From the NCBI GenBank assembly GCA_021613535.1, contig CP075495.1, positions 7,874,001 to 7,938,000 on the forward strand: DNA of 64,000 nt. The letters are read 5' to 3'. The notes under the pieces were generated by a model that saw only the letters and a list, made by a program, of their open reading frames with translations, was not told where the DNA came from and did not search any database. The stretch's first letter is position 1. Each line of letters begins with the position of its first letter. A program made the translations under genes and the position numbers. Positions 44,204-56,012 of this stretch are shown here, piece after piece. The DNA is from Adineta vaga. Lineage: Eukaryota > Animalia > Rotifera.

Positions 44204-45942
44204 ATGGTAGGGATCGATGCTCAGAATATCAACACTTTCGACAACAAATTCATTTGTCACATCTGTTCACTCATTCTTCGCCATCCACTACAAATCAACT
44301 CTTGTGGACATCGATTTTGTCAATCTTGTTTACATATCCACAACCAGTACGTATCACTCATCTATACACATTCATCTTCACTTTATCTCTCATCTATCAT
44401 AGAGCACCCATCAACTGTCCACAATGCCAAACACCAACAACTACAAATCAAGTAAATATATCTTTCTCTCTCTCTCTCTCTTTTTTTGCTCGCCACATTC
44501 GTACAACTCATTTAGATCATGATTGATCGTGGTTTCGATCATGACATGCAAGTGTTACCTATCATCTGCTCACTTTGTCAATGGAGAGGTACTCTAAGTA
44601 CCTATCAGGTAATTTCATTGTGACTTATTTTCCATTCTCTCTCTACCATCTGTCACTCAAACTACACAGGATCATCTTCAACAAACTCATCCACATCAAC
44701 AATGCATCCATTGTCATCAGCAGTTCAGTTTATTCGATCAGCTCAATGAACATATATCAACACAATGTCAACAGATCACTTGTGAATGTGTGTTGAAAGA
44801 TTTTGGTTGCCGTCACCAGGTATGAATGTTGAGTTTACAGTATGAGTTGTGAGTGTCTGTTGTATAGATTGTTCGACATGAAATGTTGCATCATTATCGA
44901 AGTGAAGAACACCAACAGTCTGTGATGAACATTGTTGAACAAATAAAATTACAGTTGCGAGAAGGTCAAATGCTACGGAATGAGCGAGACAATGAAGATG
45001 ACGCGAATGCACTAGTAGAATTGGAAGAAACGCTAAATATCCTGGCAAGTGGTGTTAGAGCATTGAGAGAAGAGAGTGCACAACACAACAGTGGAACAGT
45101 TGAACATGAAACTAATACATCAAGTTTAGTGGCAAATATGTCAAAAGTGAGATCGTTGATCGAAGAGCAGAATTCTCTTTTCGAGGGAACGAAGCTAAAT
45201 TGTACGATATTAAAGGAAGCAATAACATCGCTCGAAGAGGGCCTCGATGATTTGCAGCACGTATCATATGATGGCACATATACATGGAAAATCAAAAACG
45301 TTCGAGAAAAAATAAGTAAGTAGAACGATTTTTAATTTCTTGTCTAATACTGATACATGAACGTTCATATGAAAACTGTATTCCTTTTTATATTTTGTAG
45401 ATGACGCTCAATCCGAAAGACAAATGTCGATCTATTCACCACCATTCTATTCTTCACCGACTGGTTATAAGATGCGTGCTCGATTGTATTTACATGGTGA
45501 TGGTAATGCACGTCGCACTCACATGTCATTGTTTTTTGTTCTTATGCGTGGTCCCAATGATGCAGTCTTGAAGTTTCCATTCAACTACAAAGTGACATTC
45601 TGTTTGTATGATCAAACACCTCAACAAAGACATATCATTGATTCATTTCGACCTGACATCAAATCAAATAGTTTTCAACGACCAAGATCTGAAATGAATA
45701 TTGCAAGTGGAATTCCAAAATTTGCACCTGTGTCAGTGATAGAAGCAGAAGATAGTCCATATGTTCGCGACGACACAATGTTCATCAAAGTGATGGTGGA
45801 TTTTAATAATATGGCAAAAAATTTACTGCCCTATGCGCTTAGTCTCAATCCAGGAATACCAGAACGAGCACAGCAAGAAATGATCGAGAAAGAAAGAGAA
45901 AAACGTGCTAGATCAGATAATCTACAACAGCAACAATCGTAA
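44204..45942 (+). CDS. TRAF family adaptor, copy C, 6 coding exons, intact
   Basis: MVGIDAQNINTFDNKFICHICSLILRHPLQINSCGHRFCQSC..CPQC. Zinc fingers CSLC..HLQQTH and CIHC..H...C..C.....GC..H, a coiled-coil exon, and MATH exon 45401-45942. Confidence 0.9.
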
Positions 45943-46415
45943 TAATAAACACATAATAAGCAATTTATCGACTTCTACAACTTCCTTGTTTTAATAAACT
46001 TGGGAAAACAATATTTCTCCAACCTGAGCAGATGGTTAAACAAGATGTAAATATATTTAGTCAAGAAATCTTCTAAATCTATTGACATGTATAAGTGTGG
46101 CAGTAAAATGTTTTTTTATACTTTTTGTTCAAAACCGAAATCCAGAAATATATAAAAATAAATTTTGAAATAATACAACAATTTGTTATAAAATCTACAA
46201 AGGGTATAGAATGAACTGATTTTCTTTGAAAAACATTTAGGGTGTGATTGATTGTATCTTTCGCTTTTTTCATGTTTATTGAGAAATAAATGCTTTTCAA
46301 TGCCTTATAAACGCAGTTATAAAATTTTCATCATAGTTTTGAAACTGAAAAAAGAAATTTTTAATTTATATTGTTTATTAAGAGTGCTCAAGAATAGCTC
46401 TTCAAGTGTATTTGT

Positions 46416-48096
46416 TCATAACATTTGTTTTTGTATATATCTTGAAATGCCAGGATGGAGACTCACTAACTTTGATAACAATAAGTCCGGCATATCATCA
46501 AAATCCACCATCACTTTAATGAACATTGTGTCATCACGAACGTATGGATTGCCTTCTTGTTGAATCATTGCCAGTGGAAAAAATTTTGGAATACCACTGG
46601 CAATATTCATTTCAGATCTTGGTCGTTGAAAACTATTTGATTTGATGTCAGGTCGAAATGAATCAATGATATGTCTTTGTTGAGGTGTTTGATCATACAA
46701 ACAGAATGTCACTTTGTAGTTGAATGGAAACTTCAAGACTGCATCATTGGGACCACGCATAAGAACAAAAAACAATGACATGTGAGTGCGACGTGCATTA
46801 CCATCACCATGTAAATACAGTCGAGCACGCATCTTATAACCAGTCGGTGAAGAATAGAATGGTGGTGAATAGATCGATGTTTGTCTTTCGGATTGAGCAT
46901 CATCTAAGCATAATATAGAATTCTCATTACGAAAACGAACTATACTAAACATCATTTATACTATAAGTATACCTGAGTTACTTACTCATCTTTTCTCGGA
47001 TGTTTTTGATTTTCCATGTATATGTACCATCGCATGATACAGACTGTGGATCATATATTTTCTCTTCCACTGATATTATATCCTACTTCAAACGTTCCAG
47101 ATTTCCGAAAGAATTTTCCGTTTGCTTGATTTGTTGTTCGATCGATAGTTTGATTTCTGAGACATATTTCAGCAAACTTTGCAATTTAGTGTCTGACTCC
47201 ATTAGTTCATGTTGACACCATCCAATACTTTCGTTTAATACTGCAATATCACTGCTCAAGATATTCAGCATTTCGTAGAACTCTTCCACCGCATTCGTAT
47301 CATCTTCATTGTCTCTTCCATTTCGCCACATTTGAGACTATAGTATCTGTGATTTTATTTGTTCAACAATGTTCATCACAGACTGTTGGTGTTCTTCACT
47401 TCGATAATGATGCAACATTTCATGTCGAACAATCTATACAACAGACACTCACAACTCATACTATAAACTCAACATTCATACCTGGTGACGGCAACCAAAA
47501 TCTTTCAACACACATTCACAAGTGATCTGTTGACATTGTGTTGATATATGTTCATTGAGCTGATCGAATAAACTGAACTGCTGATGACAATGGATGCATT
47601 GTTGATGTGGATGAGTTTGTTGAAGATGATCCTGTGTAGTTCGAGCGAAAGATGGTAGAGAGAGAATGGAAAATAAGTCACAATGAAATTACCTGATAGG
47701 TACTTAGAGTACCTTTCCATTGACAAAGTGAGCAGATGATAGGTAACACTTGCATGTCATGATCGAAACCACGATCAATCATGATCTAAATGAGTTGTAC
47801 GAATGTGGCGAGCAAAAAAAAGAGAGAGAGAGAGAGAGAGATATTTACTTGATTTGTAGTTGTTGGTGTTTGGCATTGTGGACAGTTGATGGGTGCTCTA
47901 TGATAGATGAGAGATAAAGTGAAGATGAATGTGTATAGATGAGTGATACGTACTGGTTGTGGATATGTAAACAAGATTGACAAAATCGATGTCCACAAGA
48001 GTTGATTTGTAGTGGATGGCGAAGAATGAGTGAACAGATGTGACAAATGAATTTGTTGTCGAAAGTGTTGATATTCTGAGCATCGATCCCTACCAT
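46416..48096 (-). pseudogene. TRAF copy D: inverted partner of copy C with two in-frame TAG stops in the coiled-coil exon
   Basis: RING and zinc-finger exons and introns are near-identical to copy C. TAG at 47340-47338 and 47085-47083, both aligned to Glu codons of copy C. The MATH exon (46904-46416) is open. Confidence 0.8.
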
Positions 48097-49386
48097 TGTA
48101 TATGAAATCTTAAAATGAAAGGTAGACCATGTTTGATTTCAATGATAGAGTATGTGTTTACAGGTGCTTGTTTATCTGTGTGATGTATTATATTGCTCTG
48201 CATCATAATTGATTCATTCCTTATAGCATGACAAAATTATGTACCCAATGCAGTAGAAGAAATACAGAGTGCGTCAAAGAAAGGGAAAAGATCCCAAGTT
48301 ACTATAGTTGTCATAGAATTGAGTTGTTTTAATGTCGGTAAAAAACTTGAACTTATATAATTGTTGGTGATCAGCGTGTTCACCAAGGAAAAAGACTTAC
48401 GAATAAAATAATTGACACTTATCTGACATTGTTATATTTCAAGGTATTAATGATATGGTGTTTCTATGGTGTCACTGATATATTCAGACCAACAATACAT
48501 TTTAGCTAGTCGGAATCTACCAACTTTATTTTTTTCTGCGTTTCTTTTTGCACTTAAACACCAATGTGTCATTCAGGAATCATGAGGCGTCTAGCAAAGA
48601 AAACTTCTGTGTTTTTACTTACCGATTAGATCAACAAAAGCGTGGGTCTCGTCAACTTTTACGATTGAAATGTGAAGAAAAAATTATGATAAGCAATCGG
48701 TATATATAGAAACAAATATTAATGCTTCGTTGGAAATTCCATCGGTAGGGTTGTACAAGAGAATTAAATCAAAACATTCCAGTGCTTTATCGTTGAAATT
48801 GACTTCTATCTGTCATATAAATTTCAATAATCGATTCATTCCGTTCTTTCATGGATGTATGTTTTGTTTTTTCGATCTTTAAAGTATTTTTTATTTTAGA
48901 ACATGTAAAACTTATTTGAATATCGCTATAATATATAGAAGCTAAAGAAAACGCAACAATGTAACAATAGTTAGCTTATGAACAAAGAGAACGCAGAATA
49001 TAGTTAATAAAATAGTACAACAATTTCAAATAGTTTGTCAACAGAGTAGATTTTTCAAACTTCATTCCAGATCAATCAATATAGTATCATTTATGTGTGA
49101 TTTTCATTGCTCGATAACTTATAGAGAGAGAAAGAGGATTTTTTTTAATTGTTGGAAATTACAAAAAAATTACATCTAACTGATTTATGTTTAAACTGAT
49201 AGTCGAATATATTTATATCATAGAACGTATATTTTCTAATGCTCAATTAGTATTAATAGATGATGAAAAGACATATAATTTTTTAATGAAATCAGTTCGT
49301 ATAACAATATTATTATTAGAAAAACATTTTATGCGGATATTTTATATTCAGTCAGACTTTCCTCAGAAAATTCTATATATAATAGC

Positions 49387-49458
49387 ATTTACTTCTCACA
49401 AAATAAGCTTAGTATCCTAATGAATTAGAATACTAAGCTTATTTTGTGAGAATTAAAT
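49387..49458. repeat. 72-nt near-perfect palindrome/hairpin
   Basis: atttacttctcacaaaataagcttagtatcctaat-ga-attagaatactaagcttattttgtgagaattaaat: 35-bp arms, 2 mismatches. Confidence 0.9.
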
Positions 49459-50091
49459 AGTGGTGAATGATATATGAAAAATAATCCTCTATATATGTTG
49501 CAAATGTCTTTCTCTGTTTTATCAAACATTAACTTGAACATTTTCCCACTAAGATATGTCATTCTATCGTTATAACGCATGAAATTTATCGGTCTTTTCG
49601 TTAGGTTTTGATGATTTGTTCAAAACTAATTACAAGCGATTTCGAACTCTAACTAAATAAAATTGAATACATTTTCAAAGTTTAATTTTTTCATTTTTGT
49701 TCGCTACTATCTGACAGAATGAATTAATATTAAAAATGGAATATTGGTAGACAGCTTCCTCTGAAGTTTTACGGTTTCATCAGGGTATCTAACAAACATT
49801 TTTATCGAACAATTACAGCCATTGAAGTTTTGTCTACAACTATCGTTTTTATTAACTAAGTATATGTTAGAGTTATGGTAGACGAACTGAGGAAAACATT
49901 TACAACATATATCGAGAACTAATCTACATATATCATTCACTAAACTAACCAAGTTTATACAGAAATATATCTGAAAGAGAAATAGTTCAATCTCAGCAAA
50001 TAAATTATCAGACGTTTTGAAAATGCACATAATTACTATTTTATGATACGACTTCTGGAAGAAAGTTAAAGAGTTTCTCACATAAGTGTTG

Positions 50092-52187
50092 CTACCGAAA
50101 TGTCCCATCATTGTTAATGTTCGTTGAGGCCTGTGCTTCATTGTTATCATTGAGTATATTTAATGGTGGTGGTGGTGATGTAATTGCTGTTAGCGGTAGT
50201 TGTGTTTCATTATTTTGTGTAACACCTGGTAATGCAGCACGAGCTCCTGGTGATGATGGTGTTTGTTGCGCTTGTTGTTGAGCTCGACGATCTGTTTCTT
50301 GTCGGATCATTGTTTGTTGAATATGCATTGGCAATCCAGGATTCAAACTTAATGCATAGGGTAACAATGTCTTTGGCATATCACCAAAATCCACCATCAC
50401 CTTGATGAACATTGTGTCATCACGAACGTATGGATTGCCTTCTTGTTGAATCATTGCCAGTGGAAAAAACTTTGGAATACCACTGGCAATATTCATTTCA
50501 GATCTTGGTCGTTGAAAACTATTTGATTTGATGTCAGGTCGAAATGAATCAATGATATGTCTTTGTTGAGGTGTTTGATCATACAAACAGAATGTCACTT
50601 TGTAGTTGAATGGAAACTTCAAGACTGCATCATTGGGACCACGCATAAGAACAAAGAACAATGACATGTGAGTGCGACGTGCATTACCATCACCATGTAA
50701 ATACAATCGAGCACGCATTTTGTAACCAGTCGGTGAAGAATAGAATGGTGGTGAATAGATCGATGTTTGTCTTTCAGATTGAGCATCCACTAAAATATCA
50801 ATCATTCTTTAGACTTATTCTTATTTTTTCTCAACTATTTATGATCACATTCGACGGGTGACACATCAGACTGAACTTACTCATTTTTTCATGAAAACTA
50901 GTAATCTTCCAGATCAATGTTCCATCATATGATACATATTGTGTATCATCCACTTTTTGTTTTATTGATGCAACTTCTTGTTGAAGAATTTCTTGATTTG
51001 GCTTGATACCATCGAGAAAAGCACTCTGCTCTTGAATACTCAACTTCAAGGATGCAAATTCCTGGGTTAATGTTTCAATGGATGTTTGTAATCGAACAGA
51101 ATCACTACTAATACGTTGTGTGTCATCATTTAATGTTTGAATACCACTAGCAAGAACATTAATTGTTTCATAGATTTCTTGCATTTGACTATTGAGAGTG
51201 TCAGTTGTCACTGTCGTTGTTGTTATCATTGAGCTAGCACCACTTGGTTCCATATCGACATCCATAGTTGATGTCCGTTCCAACTGATCATTGCGTGATT
51301 TAAATGGTAAACGTCGAATGACATTAATGATCGCATTTTGATGAACATCACTCAGATAGTGTTCAGATAGTTGTACTCGATAGATCTAAACAAATCGTTG
51401 TAAACTATCAATCATATCATTGCAAATAAGATGGTGACGGGGATGCACTTAGATAGTTTCACATATATTACTCTTCAATATAAATAATTGCAACTTACTG
51501 AATCTAAACATCCATAATCTTTGAGTGGACAAGACACTGTGATTTTAGGACATTCCTTTTGTTTGTGTTCATCAAGTCGAATATTAGACGTGAACTTTTC
51601 TCCACAAAATTCACAAATAGGATTTGGATGTACTTTATTGAGATGGGTCTAGAACAAAAAACAACGTACAAGTGAAATGCTGATGGCTTTATATGTGAAT
51701 AAAGTTCTTCTGCACAATTTCATGCAATAAATATGGTCGATCAATGGTAAGAATATCAGTGAATGTGTATTCCAAAGTTACCTCATAGTCTTTGAATAAG
51801 CCATTCCACTCACATAGTGAACAAACAATTGGTAGAGTTTTCATATCATTTCTAAAACCACGATCTGGCATTATCTGAATAGTGAAAAAGAAAAGAATGA
51901 CAATTTCATAGAAGAAGAAACATGTTTGAAATGGCAACCTCAGTTTTCGATGATTCTTCTTGGCATTCTGAACATTTGAGAACATCCCTAAATGAAGAGG
52001 AAAAGAAGTGTTAAATAGTCTAATCGGCTGTTTGATAATAAGTATACCCTTCAGTATCTTCGATACAGGTTTTGCACTGACGATGACCACATTTGAGCTG
52101 AAAAGGCTCTCGTAAAATGAAGTTACATACTCCACATATGTAGAGAGAATTAATGGAACTCTTATTCCTGGCGTCGAAGCCAACCAT
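50092..52187 (-). CDS. TRAF family adaptor, copy E (inverted partner of copy B), intact, long Q/P/N-rich tail
   Basis: ATG at 52187. Same exon structure as copy B. MATH exon 50789-50092 reads GDGNARRTHMSLFFVLMRGPNDAVLKFPF. Confidence 0.9.
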
Positions 52188-54860
52188 TGTTGAATAAAAC
52201 TAAAGTAGGACATAGTGTTCTTAGTTTGACGTAGTTTTTATGTAAGAACTTCACTTTTCTGTATTTTCTTGTACCCTTTTTCGGTTTATTTGCCTTAATT
52301 TGATAAGCGGAATGGTAGTGAGAGCGTTTATCAACAAAGTCAACACCAACACCTGGAATGTGAAAGTGATTTGATTTGTCATGATCTTAGCTTATTTACA
52401 GCGAATGAGGCTTTTTATGGAAAATTTCACAAAAGATGCAAACTTAACATATTCTAATAAATTCTGTTTACAAAAAAATTCGTGGCAAATTTTCTATGTT
52501 CATAAAAAAAAGAAATAGCAGATGTCGTTGATATCTTAAAACGTATGAACATTTTCTATGTACATAATATATGTGATACTGTCTATGACTGACAGTCTAT
52601 TGTTCATTGAGAAAAAAAGTAATCAAATAAAAGAAGATAAGAAAAATGGCTAAAATGCATTGAAAGCACTTTTGAAAATATGTTGTCCCATTATTTTGGT
52701 GGCCATTTGAGGATTTAAATAATAATGAATTGTATTCTATACTCTTATAATCTTAAAGTTCTCTAGCCTATTTTTAACAATGAGCATCAGAAGAGAAAAA
52801 TTAATGAAGCGTGCGTGAGTGTATTGTTTGATTTAGGGATGAATGTAGAATTTATACCAGGCATGAGAGATGAACCATTGAAATCAGCTTTTTGACATCA
52901 AGAATCAAAACTATCTTCATCTTATTCGACGACATTATTATTTGATGACAATGGACGATCTAATTTCCCAAAAATCCCAAGTTTTCTTGTTATATCACTA
53001 ATCGTTATGTCTGCATTATAATGAGATTAGGATCTGATATGGAAAGAAATTTTGTATTCGAAAAAAGGCAAATCAATACACCGAGGACTTTGTAAGGAAG
53101 TGAAGAATAGAAAAAATAAGAGTAAAAGAACGAAAAGGAGGAAGAAAAAACGTCACCATATCGCGTTACCAAACAAAAATGTCAAAAGAAACTAAAACGT
53201 TCTAACTAGAATATATCAACATCCATCAATGTATGTAGTGATATACGAATATCAGTTTTTTTTCTACGAACGAACGGTTTATCTAGAGTACTATTATCGT
53301 TGACCAAACTGTTTCGAGAATAATTGTATTTTCTTTTTCGAAATAAAAGAAAAAAAGAAACGCGATACAGTATAGAGATCACACAATAAAATAGAAGAAA
53401 CAAATAATTAATGATGAATGCTGTGGATATTGTGCTGTTCCATTTTGTTGATACAGAGAGTACATTCGTAGATGTTGTTATGAAGAAAGTAGCAGAATTT
53501 AATTGTGATTATTGATAATGAAGAAGAATACCATCAAAAGAGGCATTTTTCATAGACTGTACGTTCTAGGTTATTACGATTCTTATGTCGACAATGTGGA
53601 TCTTATTCTAGTGCCTAAGACATTACGCTTCAACAATATTTTATTATACTTGATGAATACGAATGACTGCACACAGATATAAATTTAAGCTAAATGAAAG
53701 TATCAGCCACGTTCATCGTCTTCTTATGTAGAGTACGATGAGTTTTATCTCTACGTGAGTTCAGTCAAATTAAAAATAAATATGTGATAATTCAATTATA
53801 TAACTCGTAAATAATACTCATTGGATGTCAAAATAAGATATGCATAGCTGCACGAAAAGACATGATTTTTTCTGAGTAGTGACAAATACTTTTGCCCTTT
53901 TCGTCCACAATACAAAGTACAAAGCGTGATTTTTTTTTCGATAAAAAATACTGCATATAAGGACATCAGGTGCAAACTATACTGAGCAGAAACAGAATTC
54001 CTAAAATATGTCGATATTGATAAAGTATGCTCGCATGTATTTTTGACTTAACCGATGTTAATAACAATAAAAAAAATACTCATTAATCGCATTTAAAACT
54101 ATTTGAATTGTTTAATCGTTTATCTCATTGGAATCAAAACTTAGCATTACTACTAAATATCTATCACTATAACTAGACAGAGATGACGAATAAAAATTAG
54201 CAGAGAAAAAAATCTAAAACAGTATGTGAATAATGAATATTTTTCAGTATAATCTATCGTCTAGCGAACGATATGCGTAAATCTGAGAGTTGTAAATGAC
54301 AACACCAACCAATCCTTGGTTGCAAATCAGATATTTGGATAACCTACACAAATGTATAAAATAAGGAAAAGATAATTTTTTGTAACTAATTACATGACTG
54401 TAGGATTCTGTGAACGAGATCATGAACCGATAGATAAACACCTTCGAATCGCATGGCATCCTTTTTATTATTTTATTCTCTAAAAATTTGTTGTATTTTT
54501 CTTGAGAAAAGAAACGTCTTTAATGTCCGGAAGTGCATTATTTTCAATAATCTACGAATGTATCCTAATCTATAGGCACTTATTGATTGAACAATGAACG
54601 AATTTCGTTCACATTCATATAGATTTGAATTAAAATACAAATGGATGTTTTGATACTAATAATTTCTATTAAATCTTAGAATGTAGAATCTTAAACATTG
54701 ATTATTAGACTTCACTTATACATGAGATGAATGACTCATGGACATCTATCGCTATGAGCGAAGTGAAGATGATTCAAAAGTGATTCACAAACACTTGTTG
54801 TCTAATAGAAATATTCACAAATTCTTACGTAAAAACTACCCAAATAGATGAACAATAACG

Positions 54861-56012
54861 TACCTTTTGATTTCACACTGTAGGCAGCAGACTTTGCATT
54901 TTTGTATGAAAGGCTTGGAAAATTCCAAGTGAGTCATCCCCCGCCAGAGGAAAGAAAAAGCCATGTAAAGATAAAGACAACAAACTGAGTTGGAAAGAAC
55001 GATAAAATATTCGGGTTTACTTGTTGACAGTACTTTCAATTGAAGCGAATCAAATAGTATGTGATTTCGATCAAATATTTTTTGCGTCGCATAGCAATAA
55101 AAAAAGAATCAAAACATGCAAAATCTACCTTTTCTGTTTCTTATATCGCAGAGTCACTTCCTAGAAATACAACTGTATCGACGACTAATGCAAAATAGAA
55201 AATAACTGTTTGAAGGATTGATCAAACTGCACTATTTCGAAATTCGAAATCAATCGAAGTTTGTTTTCACCGAAGCATTTCTACTGTTGTCCCCAGGATG
55301 GATAAATACTTTATTTCCTTCATTAAAATTGTGTAACGAAAGAAAAATAGTTGATAGATAAACTCTTTTACAATTTTTAGTTGATCATAACACTGTATCT
55401 CAACTTCTTACGTGACGTTCTATGCTAATCAAGTTTAAAGATATTCGTACACTTGTATTAGCTGCTATACTGAGTAGATGTAGAAGTAGAAGTAGTTTGT
55501 ATCTTTTTTCCAAAATAAAAATATATTGTAGAGATAGTGAAATTATCTAGATGAATAATGTAAACTGGAATAAACTTGGATGTCTTATTGTCGATTTGTT
55601 ATTGGATAGGGAATGACAGAGGAGAGTACCTAATCTAAAGAGTTTCTTTTGGTGAGTACGTACTTTTAGAAACTGCTTTGTTGACTTGTAACGAAGAAGA
55701 AGAAAAAAAGTTTCAAAAATAGCTTAGAAAGGTTGGTAGAGAATGAATTGCTTTTTAAATATGAAACAAAGATGGATGAAAATTTGACTTCCTTTTCTCT
55801 GAATTATTTCAACTTATATATGATGCAATTCGTTCAATAATACCATTGATTTCAATAAATTTGCATATTTATTTTTTATTTCATCATCGAAACAACAAAG
55901 AGTTCGATTTAGTATAGATTATGTCTCATAGTATGAAACTTGCAACATGTTTATGAGATAAGAAAGCATTCGAAATCTATTCTTCGTTTGCAGAACACGT
56001 GTGCAAAAATAC
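54861..56012 (-). repeat. Outer inverted repeat, right arm (partner 35413-36565)
   Basis: Reverse complement of the left arm with only scattered substitutions and small indels. Confidence 0.93.

Noticed and set aside
47083-47340. Two TAG codons aligned to Glu, suggesting TAG-to-Glu recoding
   Set aside because: TAG terminates SNX27, TRAF-E and the opsin in this window, and no other gene has internal TAG. Nonsense mutation is simpler.
52780-53560. Exon-like fragments in the spacer upstream of TRAF-E (e.g. MRDEPLKSAF*HQESKL...)
   Set aside because: They contain stops and show no recognisable homology, so even a pseudogene call is unsupported.
35413-56012. Outer inverted repeats as terminal inverted repeats of a giant DNA transposon (Polinton or foldback type)
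   Set aside because: No transposase, integrase or polymerase ORF inside and no target-site duplication seen. Faint homology appears to continue beyond the repeat edges, which fits conversion tract ends better.
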